Positions 53,030-64,000 of a stretch of DNA of 64,000 nt are shown one piece after another; positions within the stretch are counted from its first letter, which is position 1, and every line of letters begins with the position of its first letter. Source of the stretch: Lama guanicoe. Its lineage: Eukaryota. Below the pieces are notes generated by a model. That model was not told the origin of the DNA, did no database searches, and saw only the letters and a program-made list of their open reading frames with translations. Made by a program: the position numbers and the translations under genes. The DNA lies in assembly GCA_013239625.1 (NCBI GenBank), contig MU054001.1, positions 1,804,151 through 1,868,150 of the forward strand, read 5' to 3'.

Positions 53030-53700
53030 GTTTAGAATCGCTCACTAAAATGCCACCTTAAGGCCTACAGGCTATAACAAATAACCAAGACTCGAGAAAA
53101 CAGCAACAAGCTCAAGATGGCGATGCAGTACGACTCCCGCAGCAGCAGCCAGTAATAAGGAAGGTTATTCAATCCCATTAGCCTTTTAGCCCAAAGAACC
53201 CCTCCTCCTCCCACTCATTCAGGCTTTCACTTACCCTTCCTCTTGGCCTCTTCACTGAAGACATTTTTGGCGTCAGACAAAGGCTTGCCCTCTGCTTTTT
53301 CACCACCCCAGGCAGTGCTCAAGAAAAAAGCATTGAAAGAAGATTCCTAAATGGCCTATTTAGCAAGCTGCAACCAAGAGATGCACAACCCTCCACAAAT
53401 ACACATTGTGATTTATCAACACATTTCTGCCTTGGCAAGTTTATATCCACAGTTCATCCTATTTAGATATGAAAAAAGCTGTAAACCCCTCCAGAAAGCT
53501 GAGTTTCCTCAATAGCTGTAAGCAGATAGCCAGATTCCAACAAAGCACAGAAAGAAATGAATGCACAAAGCATCAAAATGCATCAGCATGAATATTAGAG
53601 ATGTCGTTAAAAATACTGACTCCTTCTGCGGAAGTAGGCCAGCAGATGGTGCTACCAGTTATTATTCCATTAGACTCTGCAATTTAACCCCCAATGGACT
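53030..53700 (-). promoter_or_regulatory. Candidate internal CHD9 promoter / 5' UTR region
   Basis: Repeat-free and locally GC-richer; six CpGs in 53039-53272; YY1-type CGCCATCTTG (53113-53122); CRE-like TGACGCCA (53268-53275). Boundaries approximate. Confidence 0.45.
53235..53264 (-). CDS. CHD9: Candidate alternative first coding exon of CHD9 (coding part MSSVKRPRGR)
   Basis: gccaaaaATG (A at -3), in-frame TGA upstream at 53319-53321, exactly 10 codons, consensus donor AGG|gtaagt, phase 0 matching exon 3. Confidence 0.7.
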
Positions 53701-54972
53701 GTTCTTCCCTCCATGTAACACATTAACTCTCACTCTACCATTTTCTGTAGTAAAGTTTTAAAAAATATACATGAAAGCCTGATTTTTAAAAATCATCTGA
53801 AAATGAAAACTATAGTGATACAGCTTTATGCAGCTATCAATATTAGAAAACAAAGTCCAATGCAGTTTTTACCAGAGAGAAACACTTTTCTCTATGATAC
53901 GCTAAAATATTTCAAGTACAAATACAGCTGAAGACGAGCAAAGGGTTAAAGAGGTCATGCAAATGAACACAAAACAAGTGACTTCTCTTTAAGAATTAGT
54001 AACGTCTCTTTATGCTTCTAACAAAAAGCTAACAATGTTATTTTTTAAATAGAGAAATAAAGATATTTTCATTTAAATTCTGAAAAGAAGCTTAAGATTT
54101 TGAAATGAATAGATGAGAGCTGTCTATGAAGACTAACTAACCATACTTAAATTTTTTCCTTATTTAAACCTGGGTAAATAGATTAATTTATTTTCCTAAC
54201 GTAAAAAAAACTGTTAAAACATCCCTGCCCTTTACTCCTCACATTCTGTTTCAACTGAACTGTTGAGTTTTGGGGGTAAAATTTTAGTTTTACTCCCCTG
54301 TTAAAACAAATATGCAGCAAGTCCTCCTGAATTTGATCATTAATACTATTTTTTATGTATAAAATATTTGAGACTATTTTAGTAAACAATGACCTTAAAT
54401 ACCTAAAGTAAAATTTTCACTGCTTCAAAATTCAAGTTTAGCTCTTTTATTAATACCATTTTCTCAATTGGTCTTGGCAAGTCATCTGATATCTCTATCA
54501 AAGAATCTATTTTCAGTTTTTTTCTTTTCGGGTACAAAAGGCCTCCAAACGGAGCAACATTATATGAAGTGTCTTAGAAAATACCAATCTTAACAGCAGG
54601 AGAGGAAATTAAAGGCACAGGACCACTAATGAAAGAAAACAATCTTACTGACTGAAGAGGTCATCTATGTAAAAATCACAGTAACCAATAATGAGGGCTT
54701 ACACTTACCAAGTGATTATTAGGTGACAGGTGTTATTCTAAGCATCCTACATGTAATTACGAATTTAATCTTGAATAATAATAGGGTAATAGTGATAATG
54801 GAGAGGAGTAGCAAATGGAAGAGACATTTTTAGAGAATATTGCAAAATGATAGAATAGACCTAAGAAAGCAAACAATTTTTTAATAATTAAAAAAATAAT
54901 TATAGCAATAATAATAAGAGCTAACACTTAGTCCTTACTATGTTCCAGGCACTATTCCTAATATGACATTTA

Positions 54973-55175
54973 CAGATGACCCTTGAGCAACATGGGTTTA
55001 AACTGTGTGAGTCCACTTATATGCAGATTTTTTTCAATAATAAATACTAAAATGCTACAAAATCCACAGTTGGTTTCATCCAAGGATGTAGAACCATGGA
55101 TATGGAGGAATCACATATATGGAGGACCGACTCTTTCACTGAGTCTCTAACTTTTCATCCTTCAAAGGTCAACTG
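54973..55175. mobile_element. Tigger2/MER8-like non-autonomous DNA transposon nested in a MIR (~54905-55360, -)
   Basis: TIRs cagatgacccttga / tcaaaggtcaactg flanked by TA at 54971-72 and 55176-77. Confidence 0.8.
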
Positions 55176-56036
55176 TATATTAATTCGACAATATAAAACA
55201 ACTCTGTGAGATATGTACTACTGTTATCCTCATTTTATAGCTAAGGACACTGAAACACAGAGAAATAACTTGCCCAAGATCCTACAGCTACTGAATAAGC
55301 AAGGATGAATATGCAGAGAGCCTCATTATGGAAACCATGCTCTTAACCACCATGTTATACCATATTTGGTTCAAGTACCATAACTTAACAGAGATTAATT
55401 TGAACACAAAAGAAAGTAAATTGACTTTCTCAAAATTGCAGAGATACTGGTAATAAAGCAAGAACAAAATTCAGTTTTTTCCAGTGCCCTTTCCAAGATG
55501 TAGGAATCAATTAGATATGGGTTGGGTATGGCTGAGGAACAGGAAGAGTCAATACCTGCTTTCTAGACCAAGCACTGGTGCAGGAGAAGGTAAAAGAAAC
55601 AGGAAATCTAGTTGAGAAAGGGTATGTATGTGTGTGTAATAAGTTTAATTCTATTCACACTAAGCTTGAAATGGAAAATTTTAGTAACTGGAAATTTGGG
55701 ATTGGATCCGCAGAGGTTAGGGCTGGAGTAGAAGATGTGGACACTCTTGCTGTTTTCTTTCAATATCCTTAACTAACTGACACTATCCTCAGAACCCAGG
55801 ATGACTTCCAAAATATCTCACTTCTCTTATAAAACTTTTTAAAAGATCTCATTACTTGACTCAAAATCCCAATTATTTAACAATAAATCTTAACAGGAGA
55901 CAACAATAGAGAATCTGTGATCAAATATTTCTTTTGTTATTACCATACAATATTTTTAAACTATATTCCCGTAGAACAGCAACACTGAGGCATTAAGTAA
56001 CAAAACATTTTTTTTAAATGTTTGCTGAGCCCTGCT

Positions 56037-56185
56037 TTATTTTATTTTATTTTGAGGTGGGGGAGTGGAGGGAGAGGTAATTAGGTTTACTTATTTAATT
56101 ACTTTTTTAATGGAGGTCCTGGAGATTGAACCTAGGATCTCATGCATGCTAAGCATGAGCTCTACCACTTGAGGTATACCCTCCC
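56037..56185 (-). mobile_element. Vic-1-like tRNA-Ala-derived SINE
   Basis: Reverse complement of gggagggtata...gtggtagag...gcttagcatgc...ggttcaatc; A-rich tail. Confidence 0.85.
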
Positions 56186-56529
56186 TACCTAAACATTTTT
56201 GATATAAGTAATTTCCCAATTCACACATAGACACAAACATACAAAAGGGTAGTTAATAGTGACATTTCTCTAATTGTGTTTCGTTTTCCCCCTCTCAGTC
56301 CCAATAGCTCCTGCTGTATTAATTTCCCACTTGTTATGGAGTATATAGGAAAATACCCTTCCTTATCTGTAATAAATATATATCAAGTCTTTGGGGGTGA
56401 TGGAACATCACGTTTGCAATCTACTCCCCAATTCTTCACCAAGTAAAAGTATTTCTTCGTATTTCACTTGTGATTTCTCTGTAGGTTTATCACAGCTTCA
56501 AAGTGTAAGTTGTTTAAAATGTTCAAATA

Positions 56530-56680
56530 GGGGGGAGGGTATAGCTCAGTGGTAGACTGCATGCCTAGCATGCATGAGGTCCTGGGTTTAAGCCCAGTAC
56601 CTCCATTAAAAAATAGATGAATAAACTTAATCACCTCCTCCCCCTATAAAGATTAAATAAATAAAAATTTTAAAATAAAA
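56530..56680 (+). mobile_element. Vic-1-like tRNA-Ala-derived SINE
   Basis: ggggagggtatagctcagtggtaga...gaggtcctggg...cagtacctccattaaa; A-rich tail. Confidence 0.88.
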
Positions 56681-58190
56681 CGAAATGTTAAAATAAAAGC
56701 AAAAGGCTTGCTCCCCAAGAACCTGTATGCTAAATGAGGAAAAAAATACATAAAAGAAGGCACATATATTAATAACATACCCAAATATTAATAACATATC
56801 CAAATATTTATAAGAAAAACAAATCACAGCAAAATATAAAGGTGATATCAGATGTGATATATCAATTATTTTGATAGTAACTGGAGGAATATATGGGAGA
56901 CCCTAGATGTCACATTTCAATATTGGAGAAACTCAAGGATTTATAGTATGAGTGTTTTTCAAACCATAGGTCATGACCTAATTGCAAGCCATGATATTTA
57001 TTTAGTAGGTACAGACTAGCACTAAAAAAATGTAATAGAACAGAATGAAAAATAATGGTGTCTAACCTTTATGAATGCTACCTCTTACAAAATTAGAAAG
57101 TTTTAATAACAATGGTTACTCCTCTTTTCCTTTATGAGAGAAAGAAACAAAGAGATTTATGCAAGAAATCAGAGATGTTAAAATCAACTGGGGACTCAGA
57201 TCCTTCTCTTAGTGGAATAATTTCACCACATGGACACTCCCTCTGGGGAATTTATTCATTTCAAATATTTTAGTTGCATACAAATAAGTAAAATTTTTGG
57301 ATTAGCAGTGTGTAGATGCGGGTGGAAATGATAAATCTTCAAAAAGAAGGGGAGACTGCTCACACAGCTACCATACATCTACTATTAGAGCACAGGTTCC
57401 TCAATTGATGAAAGATATATATAATATTAAAGTTTTACTTTACACATTTTAAAAACAGTATGAAGGAATAAAAGGTCTCACAATAAAACATATAATTCCT
57501 TAGTAATAATGAAACACAGAACAAAGAATTCTCAACAACATAGATAAAACTATGTATCAGCTAAAAATCTTCCACCTTTTCTCAGGAGAGAGGACTCTCA
57601 GGCTTCAGACCTGGAGGACTAAGTGAATGGAGCTTTGAATGGAAAAGAATATAAAACAGAATTAGAGATAGCAAGCCTAAAGCAAGAATGAGTTTTACTG
57701 CCTAGAGAGAAAATGCAAAATAAAAGAAGAGGAGCAATAGCGAAAACCCAAAACACCAAGTTTTAAAGAGCTAGCAGATGAAGAGGAGTTAAAGAAGGAA
57801 AATAAAAAGTGAAAAATACAAGAATGGGAGGATGTGTATCAGGAAAGAATGCAGTCATGGAAGCCAGGAGGAAAGAGTTAAAAAAGCTCTGCTGTCAAAA
57901 GGAAGGAAACTAAGTATCTGAGAATAATTTGATATTGTAAAGCTAACTTAGAAGGCATTCTAGTTCTTTACATTGTTTACAGTAAGCCAGTGTGCTAGTT
58001 TTTAATATCTTTTTTTAAGGAAGAGTCATATAATTATTTACTTAAATATTTAAACCAAGCTCTAAAAACAAATTTGCAGTTAATTTTAGTAATATGTATC
58101 AAACATTAGTGTGGTGACTTCTTTTACATTTATTACATATAACATTTTGCCACAGGTACCAAAAAAGACTTGTTTTTAAAGAGAAAGGGT

Positions 58191-58320
58191 GGGGGAGGGA
58201 ATACAGTTCAGTGGTAAAGTGTTCACTTAGCACGCACAAGGTCCTGGATTCAATGCCCAATACCTGCATTAATAAATAAATAAATAAACCTAATTACCCT
58301 TCCCCCCAAATAAAATAAAA
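58191..58320 (+). mobile_element. Vic-1-like tRNA-Ala-derived SINE (more diverged)
   Basis: Degenerate A/B boxes; aataaacctaattacc...ccccc tail. Confidence 0.82.
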
Positions 58321-58540
58321 TGGCCTCAATAAAGCAGCAAAAAACACTAATTAAAAAAAAGGAATTTGTGTTTCTAAAAAAATAAGAGAGAGAAAAGATG
58401 GGGGCAGGGGGAAGTGATCCAGGAATAAATGATTATCTGTCAAAATCTTCTGAGTTAATTTGTTTTCAGTTTTTGATGGATGTGAAGCAATTATTTTATT
58501 TCGCTTTCTTCTTATCTGTTAAACCCTCATGTTAAATTTA

Positions 58541-58661
58541 TTTGTTTGTTTGTTTTTGAGGGGGGAGGTAATTAGGTTTATTATTTTTTTAATGGAAGTA
58601 CGGGGGATTGAATCCAGGACATCATGCACTCTACCACTGAGCTATGTACCCTCCCCCATCC
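58541..58661 (-). mobile_element. Vic-1-like SINE with small internal deletion
   Basis: TSD catgttaaattta at 58528-58540 and 58662-58674. Confidence 0.88.
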
Positions 58662-59313
58662 CATGTTAAATTTAAATCCACAAATTAAAAGGCTTATTTT
58701 CATCTTGTGACTTGTAGTAGTATCCAGTTTTCTACTTTTAGCTAACCATGGCATTCCTGTATTTAGTGTCATAAATTCTAAATTTTACATTGATAAGGTA
58801 CTACTATTAAAAGTATTCCCTTTATTTTAATCATCCACATAGCAGTTCAGGCAAATAGTAGGTATTCATTAAAGTTGTTTTTTAAAAATAAAAATTTATT
58901 ATATGACTTATAGGAAATAACAGAAAGAGAAAAACATGTTAGAGCATACCATGGGAATGTAATCAGCAAAACCAGAATGTAGTAAACAAATGACTCAGTT
59001 TTTTCAACAAAGAAATGATAAGAAAACAAAGAAGGAGAACCACAAAGATCAAAAGAGACTTAAGACTAAATGGAATGCCAAAAAAAAAAAAAAACAGAAA
59101 AAAGAAAAGAAAAAACACTTAAAATACATATCAACTGAATGCAATGTGTGGCTCTTTTGATATAAATCTGAAAAAGTAAACTAAAACTGTTTATTAAACT
59201 ACTAGGGAACTTCAGTTTTGATTAGGTATTTGATTATAAAGGAATTACAGTTATTTTTAGGTATGAAAACGATTTTGCAATTGTGTTATAAAGGCAAAAA
59301 TCTTTGTCATTTT

Positions 59314-59446
59314 AAAAATTTTATCTTGGGGGGAGGCAACTGGGCTTTTATTTATTTCTTTATTTTTGATGGAGATTCTGGGGACTGAAACCAGGACCTC
59401 AGGCTTGCTAAGCACACGCTCTACCACTGAGCTATACCACACTCCT
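59314..59446 (-). mobile_element. Vic-1-like SINE nested in an old L1 3' fragment (~58880-59650)
   Basis: gctaagcacacgctctaccactgagctatac; degenerate TSD aaaatctttgtc / aaaatccttgtc. Confidence 0.85.
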
Positions 59447-59869
59447 CAAAATCCTTGTCTTTTAGATATATAAACTGAAATATTTACAGGTGAAGTAATA
59501 TGATTGAGATATATTTCAAAATAATCCCTAGAGGGGGTGGTATGATAGTCAGAAGGTCTTACAAATGAAACATTGCCTATAAATTGATGGCTACTGTAGC
59601 TGAGTGATGGACACTCCTGTATGCACTTGAAACGTTACGTAATAAAGAAATTTAAACAGCTATATTCTGGGAATAACAAGTAGTTTAGCATGACAAGAAA
59701 ACTAGATGCATGTGGAAGAATGATAATAAATGAAGACAGAAAAATAATGGGTTAGATTATCACAAGTGTTATTAAGTTATACTAAAATATACCACACTTA
59801 CTGACAACATTAAGTATATTGAATTCATCAGTCCATAAATTACCAATGACACTAAAAGCTATTCTCAGC

Positions 59870-60080
59870 ATCATGTGATTAAGGTAAAGGACTTTGGAGT
59901 CAGCCAGCCCTTGTTCCCAGTTTCATCTATTTCTTGGGCCTCAGCTTCCTCACCTGTAAAATGGAGATAATAACAGTGTTCACCTTCTATGACTGTTGTG
60001 TGCCTAACAGATAATGCTTGTAAACTGCTTAGTATGGTGCCTAGCACACAAATACTCAGAAATGTTAGGTATTATTGTTA
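59870..60080 (+). mobile_element. MIR SINE
   Basis: ggactttggagtcag...gcctcagcttcctcacctgtaaaatggagataata. Confidence 0.8.
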
Positions 60081-62912
60081 TTTCTATAATATGATATTGT
60101 GCCCACCTCAGTGCATTATCATATCAGGGAGTACAGTGATGTCAGTCTGTCCTATAACTGGTGATGTTAACTTTGATCCCCTGGGTAAAGTAGTGTCTGC
60201 TATGACTCTTCTACTGTAAATTTCTCCTTTTATAATCAATAAGTATCTTATCAGACTATGCAAATAGCTTGCTTATATATATTTGCCTAGTAATTTTAGC
60301 ATGCATTGATGTTTCCTGCTGCAATAATTATTATTGTGGTTATTTGTCTGATGGAAACTTTTCATTTCCATCATTCCTATCACATTTTCAATTGGAATTC
60401 TACTATAAACAAAAGCTGTCTCTTTTCCTTATTTATTTATTCATTCATTCATTTATTCATTCAATTATTTATATTGGTATAGACTCATGACTATTTATTT
60501 TATACTATGAGTTATAATCTGATATTACGATTATTTTTATTGTTCAAATTATCCCAGCTTTGGCCATTTAAAGCTCCTTCAAGTTGGTTCCTGCGTCCTC
60601 TTTACCACCATCATAATTTGAATACTTCCTTTCTGGGACTGTAAGATATTCCAGGCTTAAGGCAAGAAGAGTTTAATGAAATGGTTGAGGTGGAAGCCAT
60701 ACAAGAGTAGATTAAAAGTATATAAGAAGAAACGAAGTAGATTCAGTGAGCATCAAACACTTTTCTTAAATAAATAAAGGGAAACTGGGAGGCTACAGTG
60801 GAATTGGAAACTTGACTATTGTCTACTGAGTATATGAGAAGGATAAAGAAAAACTAGAGTGAGTTTTGTCAGGAGCAGAAAATTTAAAGCACTTTCCATA
60901 CAATAATTCAAAATTAATCAAAACACTAATAAAAATTAAAATATTTTATATAAATATCACTTTCATAAATAATATGAACTTTCTACAGAACTTTTTCTAA
61001 AATGCTTCGTCAGGTAAAAAAAAAAAAAAAAGAAACTTTTTAAAGACTTCTTGAATATACTAATTCACAAGCCATTTTCCTTTCCAAAAGTTTTCACAAT
61101 TTCTGGTATATTTTTAAATTTGACTACAGCATATACCTATGTGGTTAAAAAAAATCAAATATTAATTATTCCTAACGGCAGATGAAAGAGTTCAGGCACA
61201 GACAGGACAAGTACTTGTCTACCACACTGAAACAATAGACGAGTTCAACTCTAAAAAAAATCATGTTGCTAAGTACTGTCATTGTCTACCATTCCCACAT
61301 AGGTTCCAAAGTTCATAAAGCATTAAACTTATGACAGTGTATGAGGAATCAGTAGCCTTTCCAAAACAGTACGTCAAGTCACTATTATCCATTTTTCCCA
61401 GAGAGAGAGACTGGAGGGTGAGAATGGCAGTCTGACAAAACCCGTTGGTGAAATACACTCTTATAGCCTTGAAAGGACCTAATAAAATGGAAGGGTAATG
61501 GTGTAAGCAAATTAACCAAACAGTTGTGTAACTGGCTTGACAACAATAACCATCACATTCTAAATTCTTTTAATAATGTTTTAAAAAGTATTAATAAATT
61601 TATTTTTGAAATTCTTGAAAGAAAAAAATCTCTTTCAAGTTTAAAGGGGAGACAGAGCTGCTTCTGTCAAAAGACTTTTTTTGTATACAATGCATCATGA
61701 AAAGTTAACTTTCAGAATTCTGAAATAATTTCTAAAAAACTATTTGAACACTCAAGCAATTATTAATATAAATAAAAATGATGGTAACAGGAGGCTACTA
61801 TGAATACATTTGCAATAAGGAAAAATGTTAAAATAAGGTATTTAAACCTGATTTACAGTTTTAGGCAGAAGAAAATCACTTGCTTAACAGTAGCTATATA
61901 CAAAAAGTCAAAAGTATTTTAGAAATTGGAAAGTATACTTAATTTCATCATATTAAATTTCATCCTGAAGAATGCAAAGGATAATGAGAAAAACTACAAC
62001 TCTGGATATAACTTTGACCACAAGAAAAATACCATTTGTGGAAGCAGAAGTGATGGGAACCACAAGAAAAAACTAAACATGACCTTTTGGTGTCCATGAC
62101 AGGTCTAGGCATAGTAGTTGTTATGTTACAAACATAGGCCTTTCGATGTTAAAAGAAAAAAGTATCATCATATGGCCTGAAACTTATAAGAGAATAGATC
62201 AGTAAAGTTAGGAAACATAGTTCAGCAAGTCAGGGCTCAAAAATGAAATCCCAACAACTCAAAAAAAAAAATGATTATAACAACAACAAATGTAGTGTAT
62301 CTAAAAATATTGGTTGTAGCCTTACAGATTTCAATGGATGGCCAAAAAGTAGGACACAATAGATAGAATTAAGAAGAATATGAGAGGCACTGACCTGTAA
62401 GAATACTGCTGGGGAGTCCACAAAGACTTTAGGTTTGATAAGTGACAAAAGGCAATTAAAAAATGCTCCACTGGCTGTTTTGAACAAGAGGGTTAGGAAC
62501 TTGGGGGCACAGTGTGTGAGGGAGAGAAGGATAAGAAAGGAGAACTAGGGAATGAGGAGGGGATAGATGATAGAGAACATAATTCCTCAAGTATTATTAT
62601 ATTTCTACAGTAAGTTCCAAAGAGAATAATATTTAGACAAGAAAGGATATAACTCCAGGTGTTGGGTCCGAACCTAGGGGAAATCATGCTATATTTCATT
62701 TAAGAACAGGAAGAGGCAAACCTGTGTATATCAGCTGAGCTCTTCCAAAATTTGTCCAACAGAATCTACTTTCTCAACCTGCACTAATCTCCTATAAATG
62801 AGTATTTTCAGTTTAAATTTGTGAACTGGTGACATCTGGTTAATCTTCTGGGTTCCTACTGGCCTTTCACTTCAGCTTAAAATCTCTTCTGCAACTCTAC
62901 CATTAGTTTGTG

Positions 62913-63360
62913 TTTTTTTTTTTAATTAAACTAGTTACAATGTGTCAATTTCTGGTGTACAGCACAATGTCCCAGTCATGCATATACATGTATATATTCG
63001 TTTTCGTACTCTTCTACATTAACGGTTACTACAAGATATTGAATATAGTTCCCTGTGCTATACAGAAGAAATCTGTTTTTTTTTTTAATCTTTTTTTATA
63101 TATAGTGGCTAACATGGGGGGGAGGGTATAGCTCAGTGGTAGAGTACATGCTTAGCATGTACAAGGTCCTGGGTTCAATTCCCAGTACCTCCATTAAAAG
63201 TTTTAAAAAAAATTAAAATAAATAAATAAACTTAATTACCCCCCCCAAACGAAAGAAATCTTTATTTAAAAATTTTAAAAAAGGAAATATATAGTGGCTA
63301 ACATTTGCAAATCTCAAACTCCCAAATTTATCCCTTCTCTCCCTCTTTTCCCTGTTAACT
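62913..63360 (-). mobile_element. Lineage-specific L1 3' end, interrupted by a SINE
   Basis: gttacaatgtgtcaatttctggtgtacagc...ttccctgtgctatacag, same family as 12177-12465. Confidence 0.82.
63116..63286 (+). mobile_element. Young Vic-1-like SINE with perfect 18-bp TSD
   Basis: TSD atatatagtggctaacat at 63098-63115 and 63287-63304; A box 63129-63139, B box 63172-63182. Confidence 0.92.
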
Positions 63361-63468
63361 ATTAATTCTTAACCTCTCCCATAGATCATACTCAAAAATG
63401 CTGATTAAAAAGAAAAACTTATGAGGCTGAATCTATAAATGGGCATGCTCACTTGCTTGCTTGCATGT

Positions 63469-63473
<5 letters not shown>

Positions 63474-63514
<41 letters not shown>
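63474..63514. repeat. (CA)n microsatellite, ~20 units
   Basis: Uninterrupted CA run. Confidence 0.95.
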
Positions 63515-63516
<2 letters not shown>

Positions 63517-63761
63517 GAAGTAAAAAATAAATGGTACATGCCTTAATAGCAGCTCATGTGAAACATACCAGGGAATTTTAGCTCACTATAAACTAAATGA
63601 GTGTATGATATAATAAGCTTGCCAAAAAAGCAAGTGCAATCTTCGACTGCACAAACAGAAATGTGGTATAATGAACAGGGGAGGTGATAATTACAGTATA
63701 CTCTAGTCTCACCAAGAGAAATGTATTTTGTTTTGGGTTTAAGAGGAACACAAACTAGATC

Positions 63762-64000
63762 ACTCATTCAAGATGTTATTTGAGTACATACTACCTGCCA
63801 GACATACTGTTGTAAGTACTGGGAATAAAACAGTAAACCAGACAAAGTTCCTGCTCTAATGTAGCTAACATTTTATAGAAGATAAGCAAATAGAAAAAAA
63901 ATAATAAACCAAGAAACATCAGGTAAGGGTAAGGGCTATACAAAGAATGAAAATAAGATGATATGAATAAAAGTGATAGGGTAACTATTTTAGAATGGAC
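63762..64000 (-). mobile_element. L2 3' end (continues off the window)
   Basis: actcattcaagatgttatttgagtacatactacctgccagac...cagtaaaccagacaaagttcctgctct. Confidence 0.7.

Noticed and set aside
53235..53317. Reading the alternative exon as an internal cassette using the pyrimidine tract at ~53320-53345
   Set aside because: The acceptor would be the rare GAG and the 83-nt exon would frameshift; the first-exon model fits better
63121..63193. Apparent tRNA-Ala(AGC) gene (likewise the other six SINE heads)
   Set aside because: Anticodon stem is broken (CATGC/GTACA), the acceptor stem needs a bulge, and it has an A-rich tail and TSD, so it is a SINE

Overview
AT-rich mammalian genomic DNA, probably from a camelid given its tRNA-Ala-derived Vic-1-like SINEs. 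The whole window lies inside the chromatin-remodeller gene CHD9 on the minus strand. I traced 20 consecutive coding exons (52066 down to 2315, 3265 nt in total). All have GT-AG boundaries and consistent phase, and together they encode the tandem chromodomains, the SNF2 ATPase/helicase lobes and part of the post-helicase region. The gene continues off both ends of the window. Exon numbers are inferred from my recollection of human CHD9. Introns contain the usual L1, L2, MIR, MaLR, hAT/Tigger and SINE remnants. The most interesting signal is just upstream of exon 3. A candidate alternative first exon (MSSVKRPRGR, 53264-53235) would form an HMGA-type AT-hook (KRPRGR|P) across its splice junction with exon 3. 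Between them lies a frame-preserving 18-nt candidate microexon (SEACLR, 52890-52873) whose inclusion would break that hook. Two candidate poison exons are also visible. All alternative-splicing claims are predictions from sequence alone.
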